From Lingula anatina (lineage: Eukaryota; Animalia; Brachiopoda): DNA of 64,000 nt. This document shows positions 11,903 to 25,335 of the stretch, in pieces; positions within the stretch are counted from its first letter, which is position 1; each line of letters begins with the position of its first letter. The position numbers and the translations under genes were made by a program. Below the pieces are notes generated by a model. That model did not search any database. It was given only the letters and a program-made list of their open reading frames with translations, and was not told the DNA's origin. The stretch covers positions 8,618,001 through 8,682,000 of the forward strand of contig CM120649.1 in NCBI GenBank assembly GCA_051362555.1. The letters run 5' to 3'.

Positions 11903-12878
11903 AATTTTCAAAATGGTCAAGTAACAACATAAGATTCATTTATTAAATGTTCTTCCGTAGATCACATTGTATTCTGGATCTTTTAATATTTCAGTGAATT
12001 TTTGAATCTGTAGTGCTGTAGTATAAAGCTTAATTTGTACAAATTTCTGAAGCATTAGACCAGATTTGACAAAATTATTAATGTATAACTATTTCAAGTC
12101 ATGTAATTTTCAATTTTCTCAGTTATATTGTTCTTTTTAAGAGTGGCCTTACCACGAAAAAGCAGGCAGTGAAAGACAGCACCAAGAGCAGCACCAAGAG
12201 CAGCTATTTTAAATCATGGAGTTTGCCAGTGTTTTTAGTGTAATTTTCATTTTTCTCAAATATATCGTCCATAGAAAATACTTTTCGTTAGACGCAGTCA
12301 ACTGATCAGCGTATCACAGATTTATATTGTTGTTAAGCATTATTTGTGCAAATTTCAGAATCATTGGACAAGATTTGTCCAAATTATTAATATTTAACTA
12401 TTTTAAGTCATGGAATTTGCCAGTGTTTTCAGTTTAATTTTCATTTTTCTTAAATATATTGTCCATAGAAAATACTTTTCGTTAGACACACAGTCAACTG
12501 ATCAGATTATCACAGACTTTTATTGTTCTTAAGCATCATTTGTACAGATTTTAGAAACATTGGATGAGATTTGACAAAATTATTAACGTTTAACTATTTT
12601 AAGTCATGGAATTTGCCAGTGTTTTCAGTTTAATTTTCATTTTTCGCAAATATATCGTCCATAGAAAATACTTTTCGTTAAGCACACAGTCAACTGATCA
12701 GATTATCACAGACTTTTATTGTTATTAAGCATCATTTGTGCAAATTTCAGAAAAATTGGAAAAGATTTGACAAAATTATTTACGTTTAACTATTTTAAGT
12801 CATGGGGTTTGCCAGTTTTTTTCAGTGTAATTTCAGTTTTCTGAAGTTTATTGTTCTTTCTTTCTAGAGTACCCTTAC

Positions 12879-15800
12879 CATGAAAAAGGAGGCAGTGAAA
12901 GACAGCATCAAGAGAAGAACTATGTCTTATCCATGTGTACAATACATGACAAGTGGCAAGATTTAGGACATTGTCAAATATTGTGCTAACAACAACCCAT
13001 TCCAGAAGCCCATTGTAAGGAGTAATCTGCATCTGACATTTATAGTAAGGAGGTGTCTTGTATGTGTATATATTGTTTTCCAGATGACAGCTATAGGTAA
13101 CTTAAAACCTCCTACACAAACAAGCTCAAATCATCACATTTTCTTTTTTCTTTGATAGTAAACAATACATTTCAATATTGAAATATTTGTTTTGGTCAAT
13201 TCTCACACTTCTGATTATCAATTTCCGATAAACTTGGCACTTAAAAAAGACAGTCAACTGATTAGCTTACCACAGATTTTTATTGTTGTTAAGCATCTTT
13301 TGTGCAAATTTTAGAAGTATTGGACAAGATTTGACAAAATTATTAACGTTTAACTATTTTGAGCCTTGAAATTTGCCAGTGTTTTTGTTGTAGTTTTCTG
13401 TTTTTCGAATATATTGCCCCAAAGAACACTTTTCATTTGACATTGACAACTGATCAGCTTATCACAGAATTTTATTGTTGTTAAGCATCATTTGTACAGA
13501 TTTTATAAACATTGGATGAGATTTGACTAAATTATTAACTTTTAACTATTTTAAGTCATGAAATTTGCCAACTTATATTCAGTGTAATTTTGAGTTTTCT
13601 CTAATATATCGTCCAAAGAAAATACTTTTCGTTAGACACAGTCAACTGATCAGCTTATCACAGATTTTTATTGTTGTTAAGCATCATTTGTGCAAATTTC
13701 AGAATCATTGGACAAGATTTGTCCAAATTATTAATATTTAACTATTTTAAGTCATGGAATTTGCCAGTGTTTTCAGTTTAATTTTCATTTTTCTCAAATA
13801 TATTGTCCATAGAAAATACTTTTCGTTAGACACACAGTCAACTGATCAGATTATCACAGACTTTTATTGTTCTTAAGCATCATTTGTACAGATTTTAGAA
13901 ACATTGGAAAAGATTTGACAAAATTATTAACGTTTAACTATTTTAAGTCATGGAATTTGCCAGTGTTTTCAGTTTAATTTTCATTTTTCGCAAATATATC
14001 GTCCATAGAAAATACTTTTCGTTAAGCACACAGTCAACTGATCAGATTATCACAGACTTTTATTGTTATTAAGCATCATTTGTGCAAATTTCAGAAAAAT
14101 TGGAAAAGATTTGACAAAATTATTTACGTTTAACTATTTTAAGTCATGGGGTTTGCCAGTTTTTTTCAGTGTAATTTCAGTTTTCTGAAGTTTATTGTTC
14201 TTTCTTTCTAGAGTACCCTTACCATGAAAAAGGAGGCAGTGAAAGACAGCATCAAGAGAAGAACTATGTCTTATCCATGTGTACAATACATGACAAGTGG
14301 CAAGATTTAGGACATTGTCAAATATTGTGCTAACAACAACCCATTCCAGAAGCCCATTGTAAGGAGTAATCTGCATCTGACATTTATAGTAAGGAGGTGT
14401 CTTGTATGTGTATATATTGTTTTCCAGATGACAGCTATAGGTAACTTAAAACCTCCTACACAAACAAGCTCAAATCATCACATTTTCTTTTTTCTTTGAT
14501 AGTAAACAATACATTTCAATATTGAAATATTTGTTTTGGTCAATTCTCACACTTCTGATTATCAATTTCCGATAAACTTGGCACTTAAAAAAGACAGTCA
14601 ACTGATTAGCTTACCACAGATTTTTATTGTTGTTAAGCATCTTTTGTGCAAATTTTAGAAGTATTGGACAAGATTTGACAAAATTATTAACGTTTAACTA
14701 TTTTGAGCCTTGAAATTTGCCAGTGTTTTTGTTGTAGTTTTCTGTTTTTCGAATATATTGCCCCAAAGAACACTTTTCATTTGACATTGACAACTGATCA
14801 GCTTATCACAGAATTTTATTGTTGTTAAGCATCATTTGTACAGATTTTATAAACATTGGATGAGATTTGACTAAATTATTAACTTTTAACTATTTTAAGT
14901 CATGAAATTTGCCAACTTATATTCAGTGTAATTTTGAGTTTTCTCTAATATATCGTCCAAAGAAAATACTTTTCGTTAGACACAGTCAACTGATCAGCTT
15001 ATCACAGATTTTTATTGTTGTTAAGCATCATTTGTGCAAATTTCAGAATCATTGGACAAGATTTGTCCAAATTATTAATATTTAACTATTTTAAGTCATG
15101 GAATTTGCCAGTGTTTTCAGTTTAATTTTCATTTTTCTCAAATATATTGTCCATAGAAAATACTTTTCGTTAGACACACAGTCAACTGATCAGATTATCA
15201 CAGACTTTTATTGTTCTTAAGCATCATTTGTACAGATTTTAGAAACATTGGAAAAGATTTGACAAAATTATTAACGTTTAACTATTTTAAGTCATGGAAT
15301 TTGCCAGTGTTTTCAGTTTAGTTTTCATTTTTCGCAAATATATCGTCCATAGAAAATACTTTTCGTTAAGCACACAGTCAACTGATCAGATTATCACAGA
15401 CTTTTATTGTTATTAAGCATCATTTGTGCAAATTTCAGAAAAATTGGAAAAGATTTGACAAAATTATTTACGTTTAACTATTTTAAGTCATGGGGTTTGC
15501 CAGTTTTTTTCAGTGTAATTTCAGTTTTCTGAAGTTTATTGTTCTTTCTTTCTAGAGTACCCTTACCATGAAAAAGGAGGCAGTGAAAGACAGCATCAAG
15601 AGAAGAACTATGTCTTATCCATGTGTACAATACATGACAAGTGGCAAGATTTAGGACATTGTCAAATATTGTGCTAACAACAACCCATTCCAGAAGCCCA
15701 TTGTAAGGAGTAATCTGCATCTGACATTTATAGTAAGGAGGTGTCTTGTATGTGTATATATTGTTTTCCAGATGACAGCTATAGGTAACTTAAAACCTCC

Positions 15801-17887
15801 TACACAAACAAGCTCAAATCATCACATTTTCTTTTTTCTTTGATAGTAAACAATACATTTCAATATTGAAATATTTGTTTTGGTCAATTCTCACACTTCT
15901 GATTATCAATTTCCGATAAACTTGGCACTTAAAAAAGACAGTCAACTGATTAGCTTACCACAGATTTTTATTGTTGTTAAGCATCTTTTGTGCAAATTTT
16001 AGAAGTATTGGACAAGATTTGACAAAATTATTAACGTTTAACTATTTTGAGCCTTGAAATTTGCCAGTGTTTTTGTTGTAGTTTTCTGTTTTTCGAATAT
16101 ATTGCCCCAAAGAACACTTTTCATTTGACATTGACAACTGATCAGCTTATCACAGAATTTTATTGTTCTTAAGCATCATTTGTACAGATTTTAGAAACAT
16201 TGGATGAGATTTGACAAAATTATTTATGTTTAACTATTTTAAGTCATGAAATTTGCCAACTTATTTTCAGTGTAATTTTGAGTTTTCTCTTATATATTGT
16301 CCAAAGAAAATACTTTTCGTTAGACACAGTCAACTGATCAGTTATCACAGATTTTTATTGTTGTTAAGCATCACTGGTGCAAATTTCAGAAGTATTTGAC
16401 AAGATTTGACAAAATTATTAACGTTTAACTATTTTGAGCCATGGAATTTGCAAGTGTTTTTATGGTAGTTTTCCGTTTTTCGAAATATATTGCCCCAAAG
16501 AACAATTTTCATTTGACACTAACAACTGATCAGCTTATCACAGATTTTTATTGTTATTAAGCATCATTTGTGCAAATTTCAGAAACATTGGACAAGACTT
16601 GTCAAAATTATTAACATTTAACTATTTTAAGTCATGGAATTTTCCAGTTTTTATTTCAGTGTAATTTTCAGTTTTCTGATGTTTATGTTCTTTCTTTCCA
16701 GAGTACCCTTACCATAAAAAAGCAGGCAGTGAAAGACAGCATCAAGAGAAGAACTATGTCTTATCCATGTGTACAATACATGGCATGTGGCAAGATTTAG
16801 GACATTGTCAAATATTGTGCTAACAACAACCCATTCCAGAAACCGTTTGTAAGGAGTACTCTGCATCTGACATTGATAGTAAGGAGGAGTCTTGTATGGG
16901 TGTATATTGTTTTCCAGATGACAGTTATAGGTAACTTGCAACCTCCTACACAAACAAACTCAAATCATCACATTTGCTGTTTTCTTTGATAGTAAATAAT
17001 ACATTGTAATATTGCAATATTTGTTTTGGTCAATTCTCACACTTCTGATAATCAATTTCCAATAAACTTGGCACTTAAAAAATCACAGTCAACTGATTAG
17101 CTTATCACAGATTTTTATTGTTGTTAAGCATCATTTGTGCAAATTTCAGAAGTATTTGACAAGATTTGACAAAATTATTAACGTTTAACTATTTTGAGCC
17201 ATGGAATTCGCCAGTGTTTTTATGGTAGTTTTCCGTTTTTCGAAATATATTGCCCCAAAGAACAATTTTCATTTGACACTAACAACTGATCAGCTTATCA
17301 CAGACTTTTATTGTTGTTAAGCATCATTTGTACAGATTGTAGAAACATTGAATGAGATTTGACAAAATTATTAACGTTTAACTATTTTAAGTCATGGAAT
17401 TTGCCAACTTATATTCAGTGAAATTTTTAGTTTTCTCTAATATATTGTCCGAAGAAAATACTTTTCGTTAGACACAGTCAACTGATTTTTATTGTTATTA
17501 AGCATCATTTGTGGAAATTTCAGAATCATTGGACAAGATTTGACAAAATTATTAACGTTTAACTATTTTAAGTCATGGAATTTTCCAGTTTTTATTTCAG
17601 TGTAATTTTCAGTTTTCTGAAGTTTATTGTTCTTTCTTTCCAGAGTACCCTTACCATAAAAAAGCAGGCAGTGAAAGACAGCATCAAGAGAAGAACTATG
17701 TCTTATCCATGTGTACAATACATGGCATGTGGCAAGATTGAGGACATTGTCAAATATTGTGCTAACAACAACCCATTCCAGAAACCCATTGTAAGGAGTA
17801 ATCTGCATCTGACATTGATAGGAAGGAGGAGTCTTGTATGGGTGTATATTGTTTTCCAGATGACAGTTATAGGTAACTTGCAACCTC
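12879..17887 (-). pseudogene. Five copies of a 233-nt exon-like segment, possibly from an UNC-93-like MFS transporter
   Basis: Copies at 12879-13111, 14223-14455, 15567-15799, 16713-16945 and 17655-17887, each bounded by tttgtgtag| and |gtaagg. One frame reads RLLLTMGFWNGLLLA..YCTHG*DIVLLLMLSFTACFFM, resembling the UNC93A pattern C-T-x-G-x3-V-x3-M-x2-F-x-A (from memory). Stops are present. Confidence 0.4.
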
Positions 17888-18184
17888 CTACACAAACAAA
17901 CTCAAATCATCACATTTGCTGTTTTCTTTGATAGTAAATAATACATTGTAATATTGCAATATTTGTTTTGGTCAATTCTCACACTTCTGATAATCAATTT
18001 CCAATAAACTTGGCACTTAAAAAATCACTGTCAACTGATTAGCTTATCACAGATTTTTATTGTTGTTAAGCATCATTTCAGAAGTATTTGACAAGATTTG
18101 ACAAAATTATTAACGTTTAACTATTTTAAGTCATGGAATTTTCCAGTTTTTATTTCAGTGTAATTTTCAGTTTTCTGAAGTTTA

Positions 18185-21078
18185 TTGTACCACCAGCGTA
18201 GGCGCTGGCGGTACCCATGGTTTTGGTCCCGACCCATATGTTCCGCCGGCTCCTGCGGCTCCGCCGGCTCCTGCGGCTCCGCCGCCAAGTCACCGTTACC
18301 GCTTCTCCTCCTAGACGGTAAGGGCCCCTGTACCCATCTCTTGGATTTAGGTCACCTATAATCTCAACTCGTTCCACGTAAAATTTGGGCTTTGTTGGTA
18401 TTGGGGTCTAGGTGTGGCACTCATTGCAATGCACCCTTGTCTAAAAATGGCAAAATTAAATGCTAATTATCTACCCTACGGAAGGAGTTATGGGAAAAAT
18501 TTCTACAGACAGCTTTCCAAAAGTCATATGTGTAGATTTCAAAGATGCCCTTGGATTTGACCTTTGACCTTTATTTCAAGGTGAAACGGGCCAAAATTTT
18601 CAAAAAAATGAAATTTTTTACGAAAAAAATTTTTTTTTCCCTGTTATTCAGATACCACACAGACTTAACCAATAATATTATTGGAAAGTGTAACCCTTCG
18701 TGTCATCTTTCATCTCTGTGAATTTGGGGTCAATCGGTGCATTTTCACGGGAGTAGCGGCCATAAAGTACCGAAACTGAAAACTGTCTCTAATTCGGGAA
18801 CCGTTAATGCTAGAGACCCATTCTTTTTTGCATTTTGTAGAGCATGTAAAGCCCAACACTAGAAGTGGTCTCCGTTTTTTGTATTCCATACGGTTTTCAA
18901 GTTACGCTGTATCAAAAAGTACATATTGGTCGTGAAAGCAAAATGTGCAGTACGGTAATGGATAATAAATTTTGAACTCTGGAAAAATAATACATAAGGC
19001 TTGGCAAAGCAGACAACTTGTGGTCAAAAATGACTTCGGAGCACCCCCCATTTCAAGAATTTTGACCAAAATGATGTTTTCTTTATTTTAATTAATCTTT
19101 TCTGTAGGAAATTTATGGCACATTATGGTAACTCCAAAATTATAACATTTAGTCCCTTATAACTCCAAAACTGGCAGAGATAGGTCCAAAGTTACTATTG
19201 AAGTTGAATAGGAAGTCATATACTGGCAATCCAAATGTGACCTTAAAATTGACCTTTGACTTACTTTTCACCATGAACTGAACTTTGCAAATTTTTCTTC
19301 CCTTTTATCTCCAAAACTGGCAGAGATATGTCCATAGTTACTATTGAAGTTGAATGGGAAGTCATATACTGGCAATCTAAATGTGAACTTAAAATTGACC
19401 TTTGTCTTACTTTTCACCATGAACTGAACTTTGCAAATTTTGCTTCCCTTTTATCTCCAAAACTGGCAGAGATTGGTCCATGGTTACTGTTGAACATGAA
19501 TAGGAAGTCATATACTGGCAATCTAAATGTGACCTTAAAATTGACCTTTGACCTATTTTTCACCATGAATTGAACTTTGCAAATTTTGCTTCCCTTATAT
19601 CTCCAAAACTGGCAGAGATAGGTCCATAGTTTTTATTGAACTTGAATGGGAATTCATATACTGGCAATCTAAATGTGACCTTGAAATTGACCTTTGACCT
19701 ACTTTTCACCACTTTGCAAATTTTGCTTCCCCTATATTTCCAAAACTGGCAGAGATAGGTCCATAGTTACTATTGAAGTTGAATAGGAAGTCATATACTG
19801 GCAATCTAAATGTGACCTTAAAATTGACCTTTGACCTACTTTTCACCATGAACTGAACTTTGCAAATTTTGCTTCCCTTTTATCTCCAAAACTGGCAGAG
19901 ATAGGGCCATAGTTACTATTGAACTTGAATAGGAAGTCATATACTGGCAATCTAAATGTGACCTTGAAATTGACCTTTGACCTACTTTTCACCATGAACT
20001 GAACTTTGCAAATTTTGCTTCCCTTTTATCTCCAAAACTGGCAGAGATATGTCCATAGTTACTAATGAAGTTGAATAGGAAGTCATAACTGGCAATCTAA
20101 GTGTGACCTTAAAATTGACCTTTGACCTACTTTTCACCGTGAACTGAACTTTGCAAATTTTGGTTCCCTTTTATCTCCAAAACTGGCAGAGATAGGTCCA
20201 TAGTTACTATTGAAGTTGAATAGGAAGTCATATCCTGGCAATCAAAATGTGACCTTGAAATTGACCTTTGACCTTTCACCATGAACTGAACTTTGCAAAT
20301 TTTGTTTCCCTTTTATCTCCAAAGTTACGCTGTATCAAAAAGTACATATTGGTGGTGAAAGCAAAATGTGCAGTACTGTAATGGATAATAAATTTTGAAC
20401 TCCGGAAAAATAAAACATAAGGCTTGGCAAAGCAGACAACTTGTGGTCAAAAATGACATTATTTCATCAAATTTGAACATCTGGAACTTGGGAGCACCCC
20501 CCATTTCAAGAATTTTGACCAAAATGACCTTTTCTTTATTTTAATTAATTTCTTCTGTAGGAAATTTATGGCACATCATGGTAACTCCAAAATTATAACA
20601 TTTAGTCCCTTATTTCTCCAAAACTGGCAGAGATAGGTCCATAGTTAGTATCGAAGTTGAATAGGAAGTCATATACTGGCAATCCAAATGTGACCTTGAA
20701 ATTGACCTTTGACCTACTTTTCACCATGAACTGAACTTTGCAAATTTTGGTTCCCTTTTATCTCCAAAACTGGCAGAGATAGGTCCATAGTTACTATTGA
20801 AGTTGAATAAGAAGTCATATACTGGCAATTTACTGTGACCTTGAAATTGACCTTTGACCTACTTTTCACCATGAACTGAACTTTTGATGTACCATTTTTA
20901 GTCATATATGTTTTTTTGCATATTTTGAAAATTCTTGTTGATTGCATTTTTACAGCTTGTCAAGCACAAGACTGGTGGCTGTGTCCCTTATTTTGTGTAT
21001 GTGGGGGTTTATACGAATGCGCTTGCTCCAGCTGGTGGTACAATATTCGGAGGCGGTATCGCCTCCTTGATCCTCTAG
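18185..21078 (+). mobile_element. Non-autonomous Helentron/Helitron2-type element (HINE/DINE-like), copy 1, with internal 146-bp tandem repeats
   Basis: Sub-terminal IR TTGTACCACCAGC/GCTGGTGGTACAA, 5' palindrome, (CCGCCGGCT)n microsatellite, 3' stem-loop GAGGCGGTATCGCCTC and CTAG end; no TSD (A|T or T|T site in the satellite); internal duplication of about 18900-19260 at about 20325-20710. Confidence 0.88.
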
Positions 21079-21352
21079 TTGTTCTTTCTTTCCAGAGTAC
21101 CCTTACCATAAAAAAGCAAGCAGTGAAAGACAGCAGCAAGAGCAATATTGCAATATTGAAATATTTGTTTTGGTCAATTCTCACACTTCTGATTATCAAT
21201 TTCCAATAAACTTAACACTCAAAAAAAGACACAGACAACTGATCAGCTTATGACAGATTTTTATTGTTGTTAAGTATCATTTGTAAAAATTTCAGAAATA
21301 TTTGACAAGATTTGACAAAATTATTAATGTTTAACTATTTTAAATCATTTAA

Positions 21353-24101
21353 TTGTACCACCAGCGTTAGCGCTGGCGGTACACATGGTTTCGGTCCCGT
21401 CCGGATCGTTCCGCCGGCTCCGCCGGCTCCGTTGGCTCCGCCGGCTCCGCCGGCTCCGCTGGACGGCTACCGTTACCGCTTCTCCTCCTAGACGGTAAGG
21501 GCCCCCATACCCATCTCATGGATTTAGGTCACCTATAATCTCAACTCGTTCCACGTAAAATTTGGGCTTTGTCGGTATTGGGGTCTGGGTGTGGCACTCA
21601 TTGCAATGCACCCTTGTCTAAAAATGGCAAAATTAAATGCTAATTATCTACCCTACGGAAGGAGTTATGGGAAAAATTTCTATAGACGGCTTTCCAAAAG
21701 TCATATGTGTAGATTTCAAATATATCCTTGGATTTGACCTTTGACCTCTACTTTAAGGTCAAACGGGCCAAAATTTTCAAAAAAATGAAATTTTTTACGA
21801 AAAAAATTTTTTTTGCCCTGTTATTCAGACAACACACAGACTTAACCAATAATATTATTGGAAAGTGTAACCCTTCGTGTCATCTTTCATCTCTGTGAAT
21901 TTGGGGTCAATCGGTGCATTTTCACGGGAGTAGCGGCCATAAGATACCGAAACTGAAAACTGTCTCTAATTCGGGAACCGTTAATGCTAGAGACCCATTC
22001 TTTTTTGCATTTTGTAGAGCATGTAAAGCCCAACACTAGAAGTGGTCTCCGTTTTTTGTATTCCATACGGTTTTCAAGTTACGCTGTATCAAAAAGTACA
22101 TATTGGTGGTAAAAGCAAAATGTGCAGTACGGTAATGGATAATAAATTTTGAACTCTGGAAAAATAAAACATAAGGCTTGGCAAAGCAGACAACTTGTGT
22201 TCAAAAATGACATTATTTCATCAAATTTGAACTTCTGAAACTTCAGAGCACCTCCTATGTCAAGAATTTTGACCAAAATGACATTTTCTTTATTTTAATT
22301 AATTTTTTCTGTACGAAATTTAAGGCACATTATGGTAACTCCAAAATTATAACATCTAGTCCCTTATATCTCCAAAACTGGCAGAGATAGGTCCATAGTT
22401 ACTATTGAACTTGAATAGGAAGTCATATACTGGCAATCTAAATGTGACCTTGAAATTGACCTTTGACCTACTTTTCACCATGAACTGAACTTTGCAAATT
22501 TTTCTTCCCTTTTATCTCCAAAACTGGCAGAGATAGGTCCATAGTTACTATTGAACTTGAATAGGAAGTCATATACTGGCAATCTAAATGTGACCTTAAA
22601 ATTGACCTTTGACCTACTTTACACCATGAACTGAATTTTGCAAATTTTGCTTTCCTTTTATCTCCAAAACTGGCAGAGATAGGTCTGTAATTACTATTGA
22701 ACTTGAATAGGAAGTCATATACTGGCAATCTATATGTGACATTAAAATTGACCTTTGACCTACTTTTCACCATGAACTGAACTTTGCAAATTTTTCTTCC
22801 CTTTTATCTCCAAAACTGGCAGATATAGGTCCATAGTTACTATTGAAGTTGAATAGAAAGTCATATACTGGCAATCTAAATGTGACCTTAAAATTGACCT
22901 TTGACCTACTTTACACCATGAACTGAATTTTGCAAATTTTGCTTTCCTTTTATCTCCAAAACTGGCTGAGATAGGTCCTTAGTTACTATTGATCTTGAAT
23001 AGGAAGTCATATACTGGCAATCTAAATGTGACCTTAAAATTGACCTTTGACCTACTTTTCACCATGAACTGAATTTTGCAAATTTTGCTTCCCTTTTATC
23101 TCCAAAACTGGCAGAGATAGGTCCATAGTTACTATTGAACTTGAAAAGGAAGTCATATACTGGCAATCTAAATGTGACCTTGAAATTGACCTTTGACCTA
23201 CTTTTCACCATAAACTGAACTTTGCAAACTTTTCTTCCCTTTTATCTCCAAAACTGGCAGAGATAGGTCCATAGTTACTATTGAACTTGAAAAGGAAGTC
23301 ATATACTGGCAATCTAAATGTGACCTTAAAATTGACCTTTGACCTACTTTTCACCATGAACTGAATTTTGCAAATTTTGCTTCCCTTTTATCTCCAAAAC
23401 TGGCTGAGATAGGTCCATAGTTACTATTGAACTTGAAAAGGAAGTCATATACTGGCAATCTAAATGTGACCTTAAAATTGACCTTTGACCTACTTTACAC
23501 CATGAACTGAATTTTGCAAATTTTGCTTTCCTTTTATCTCCAAAACTGGCTGAGATAGGTCCGTAGTTACTATTGAACTTGAATAGGAAGTCATATACTG
23601 GCATTATAAATGTGACATTAAAATTGACCTTTGTCCTACTTTTCACCATAAACTGAACTTTGCAAATTTTGCTTCCCTTTTATCTCCAAAACTGGCAGAG
23701 ATAGGTCCATAGTTACTATTGAACTTGAATAGAAAGTCATATACTGGCAATCTAAATGTGACCTTGAAATTGACCTTTGACCTACTTTTCACCATGAACT
23801 GAATTTTGCAAATTTTGCTTCCCTTTTATCTCCAAAACTGGATTCAAGTCATATACTGGCAATTTACTGTGACCTTGAAATTGACCCTTGACCTACCTTA
23901 CGAAGAATTTAAATTTGATTGTACCATATATATTTTTTGCAATAGTTTAAAAATTCTTGTTTTATTGCATTTTTAAAGCTTGTCAAGCACAAAACTGGTG
24001 GCTGTGTCCCTTATTTTGTGTATGTGGGGGTCTATACGAATGCGCTTGCTCCAGCTGGTGGTACAATATTTGGAGGCGGTATCGCCTCTCTGATCCTCTA
24101 G
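21353..24101 (+). mobile_element. HINE-like element, copy 2, with about 11 units of the 146-bp repeat
   Basis: Same termini and internal sequence as 18185-21078; ORFs at 22468 and 23344 are 876 bp (6 x 146) apart. Confidence 0.88.
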
Positions 24102-25088
24102 TTTACCAGTGTTTTCAGTGTAATTTTTCAGTTTTCTCAAATATAACGTCTAAAGAAAATACTTTTCATCAGACACAGTCAACTGATCGGCTTATGACAG
24201 ATTTTTATTGTTGTTAAGTATCATTTGTAAAAATTTCAGAAATATTTGACAAGATTTGTCAAAATTATCGTCCAAAGAACAAGAGATAGTATGAGGCAAA
24301 GGAAGGAAAGAATGTGGTAGTATTTCAATTAGAATGAGGAATGAAAGTTCTGAAGAAAAACTTTCATAAGGTTGGGTGGAAAAGTGGCAAGCTAGAGACA
24401 GATTGGATTGGACCATACAGGTAAATCATAATCATCATCCACTTGTTCACTTATTCAATGCATATATTTTTGTCATATTTCATACAATTTTGATTAAAAT
24501 TAAATTCAAAGGAAGAACAACTGTTCATTTTGTCCAAAAACCAGATTTTCCTAGGGTAAACAATTTTCTATACTGTTAATGACTCCATTCTGACATTCAA
24601 AGTTAGTATAGTCCATGTTTTTTGTAAGAATCATATCATGAAGGTCCATCTCGTCAGATGGCAAGCACAGATTCAAGAATAATAGAAATAATCACTGTTT
24701 TGGTGGTAAAGTGTTATTCATTATAATTCTAGGAAGTATTTACAATGTTTTTATTGTGAAATATTAATTGCATAAAAACAGTTGTTATTTCTTAATTTTG
24801 ACTTAAAGATACAGATATTAGTAGTATATTGGGGGTGGGTGCAAAATAAAATGTAGCTAGCAATTCAGCATGTCAAAATAAACATTATCAAAGCTCTATA
24901 GTACCACTGTGGCTTGCTTGCATACAATTCTCGTAATACATGTAATACTTCTAGGGTAAAAAAAATGGACCAGAAGCAGAATGGAAGGGAAAGAGCTTAA
25001 AACCAAGGTGCCTTAGTTATATTCACTTGAAACCATACACAGAAGGTTAGTTACTTATTCCATCTATGCTTGTCTCCATCTAGACTAA

Positions 25089-25335
25089 GACTGGATTCCC
25101 ATACTTAGATCGATCTATCTGGATCGACCTAACTTCCTGGGGATTCACGCTAAATTGCAGTCAGCTCAAGAGGCTGAAATGTCTGTCACACTTACCGAAT
25201 CAGCTAGGGGTAAAGGTAATTACCCCCTAACAGTTTTACTAGGCGTGACAGATGTTTAATCCGGTTAGTTTGATAGCAATTTAGTGAGACTTCCCAGGGA
25301 GATAGATCGATCCAAATATCTGTGGGAATGGTCCC
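25089..25335. mobile_element. Degenerate foldback MITE, same family as 7910-8160
   Basis: CCCATACTTAGATCGATCTATCT.. and ..GATAGATCGATC..GGGAATGGTCCC arms. Confidence 0.6.

Larger units (their letters stand above)
11990..24270. repeat. ~195-bp satellite with 1344-bp higher-order repeat, interrupted by two HINE insertions
   Basis: Anchor ACTATTTTRAG at 12397, 12593, 12789, 13353, 13545, 13741, 13937, 14133 and onward; identical ORFs at 12790, 14134 and 15478 (spacing 1344); monomer resumes at 21079-21352 and 24102-24270. Confidence 0.95.

Noticed and set aside
12790-17931. Repeated 80-118 aa ORFs (MQITPYNG...) as a tandem gene family
   Set aside because: The ORFs run through the splice donor into satellite sequence and have no recognisable domain; three copies have an in-frame stop just upstream within the exon-like segment.
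19328-23649. ORFs within the 146-bp arrays
   Set aside because: Chance open frames in non-coding HINE core repeats.
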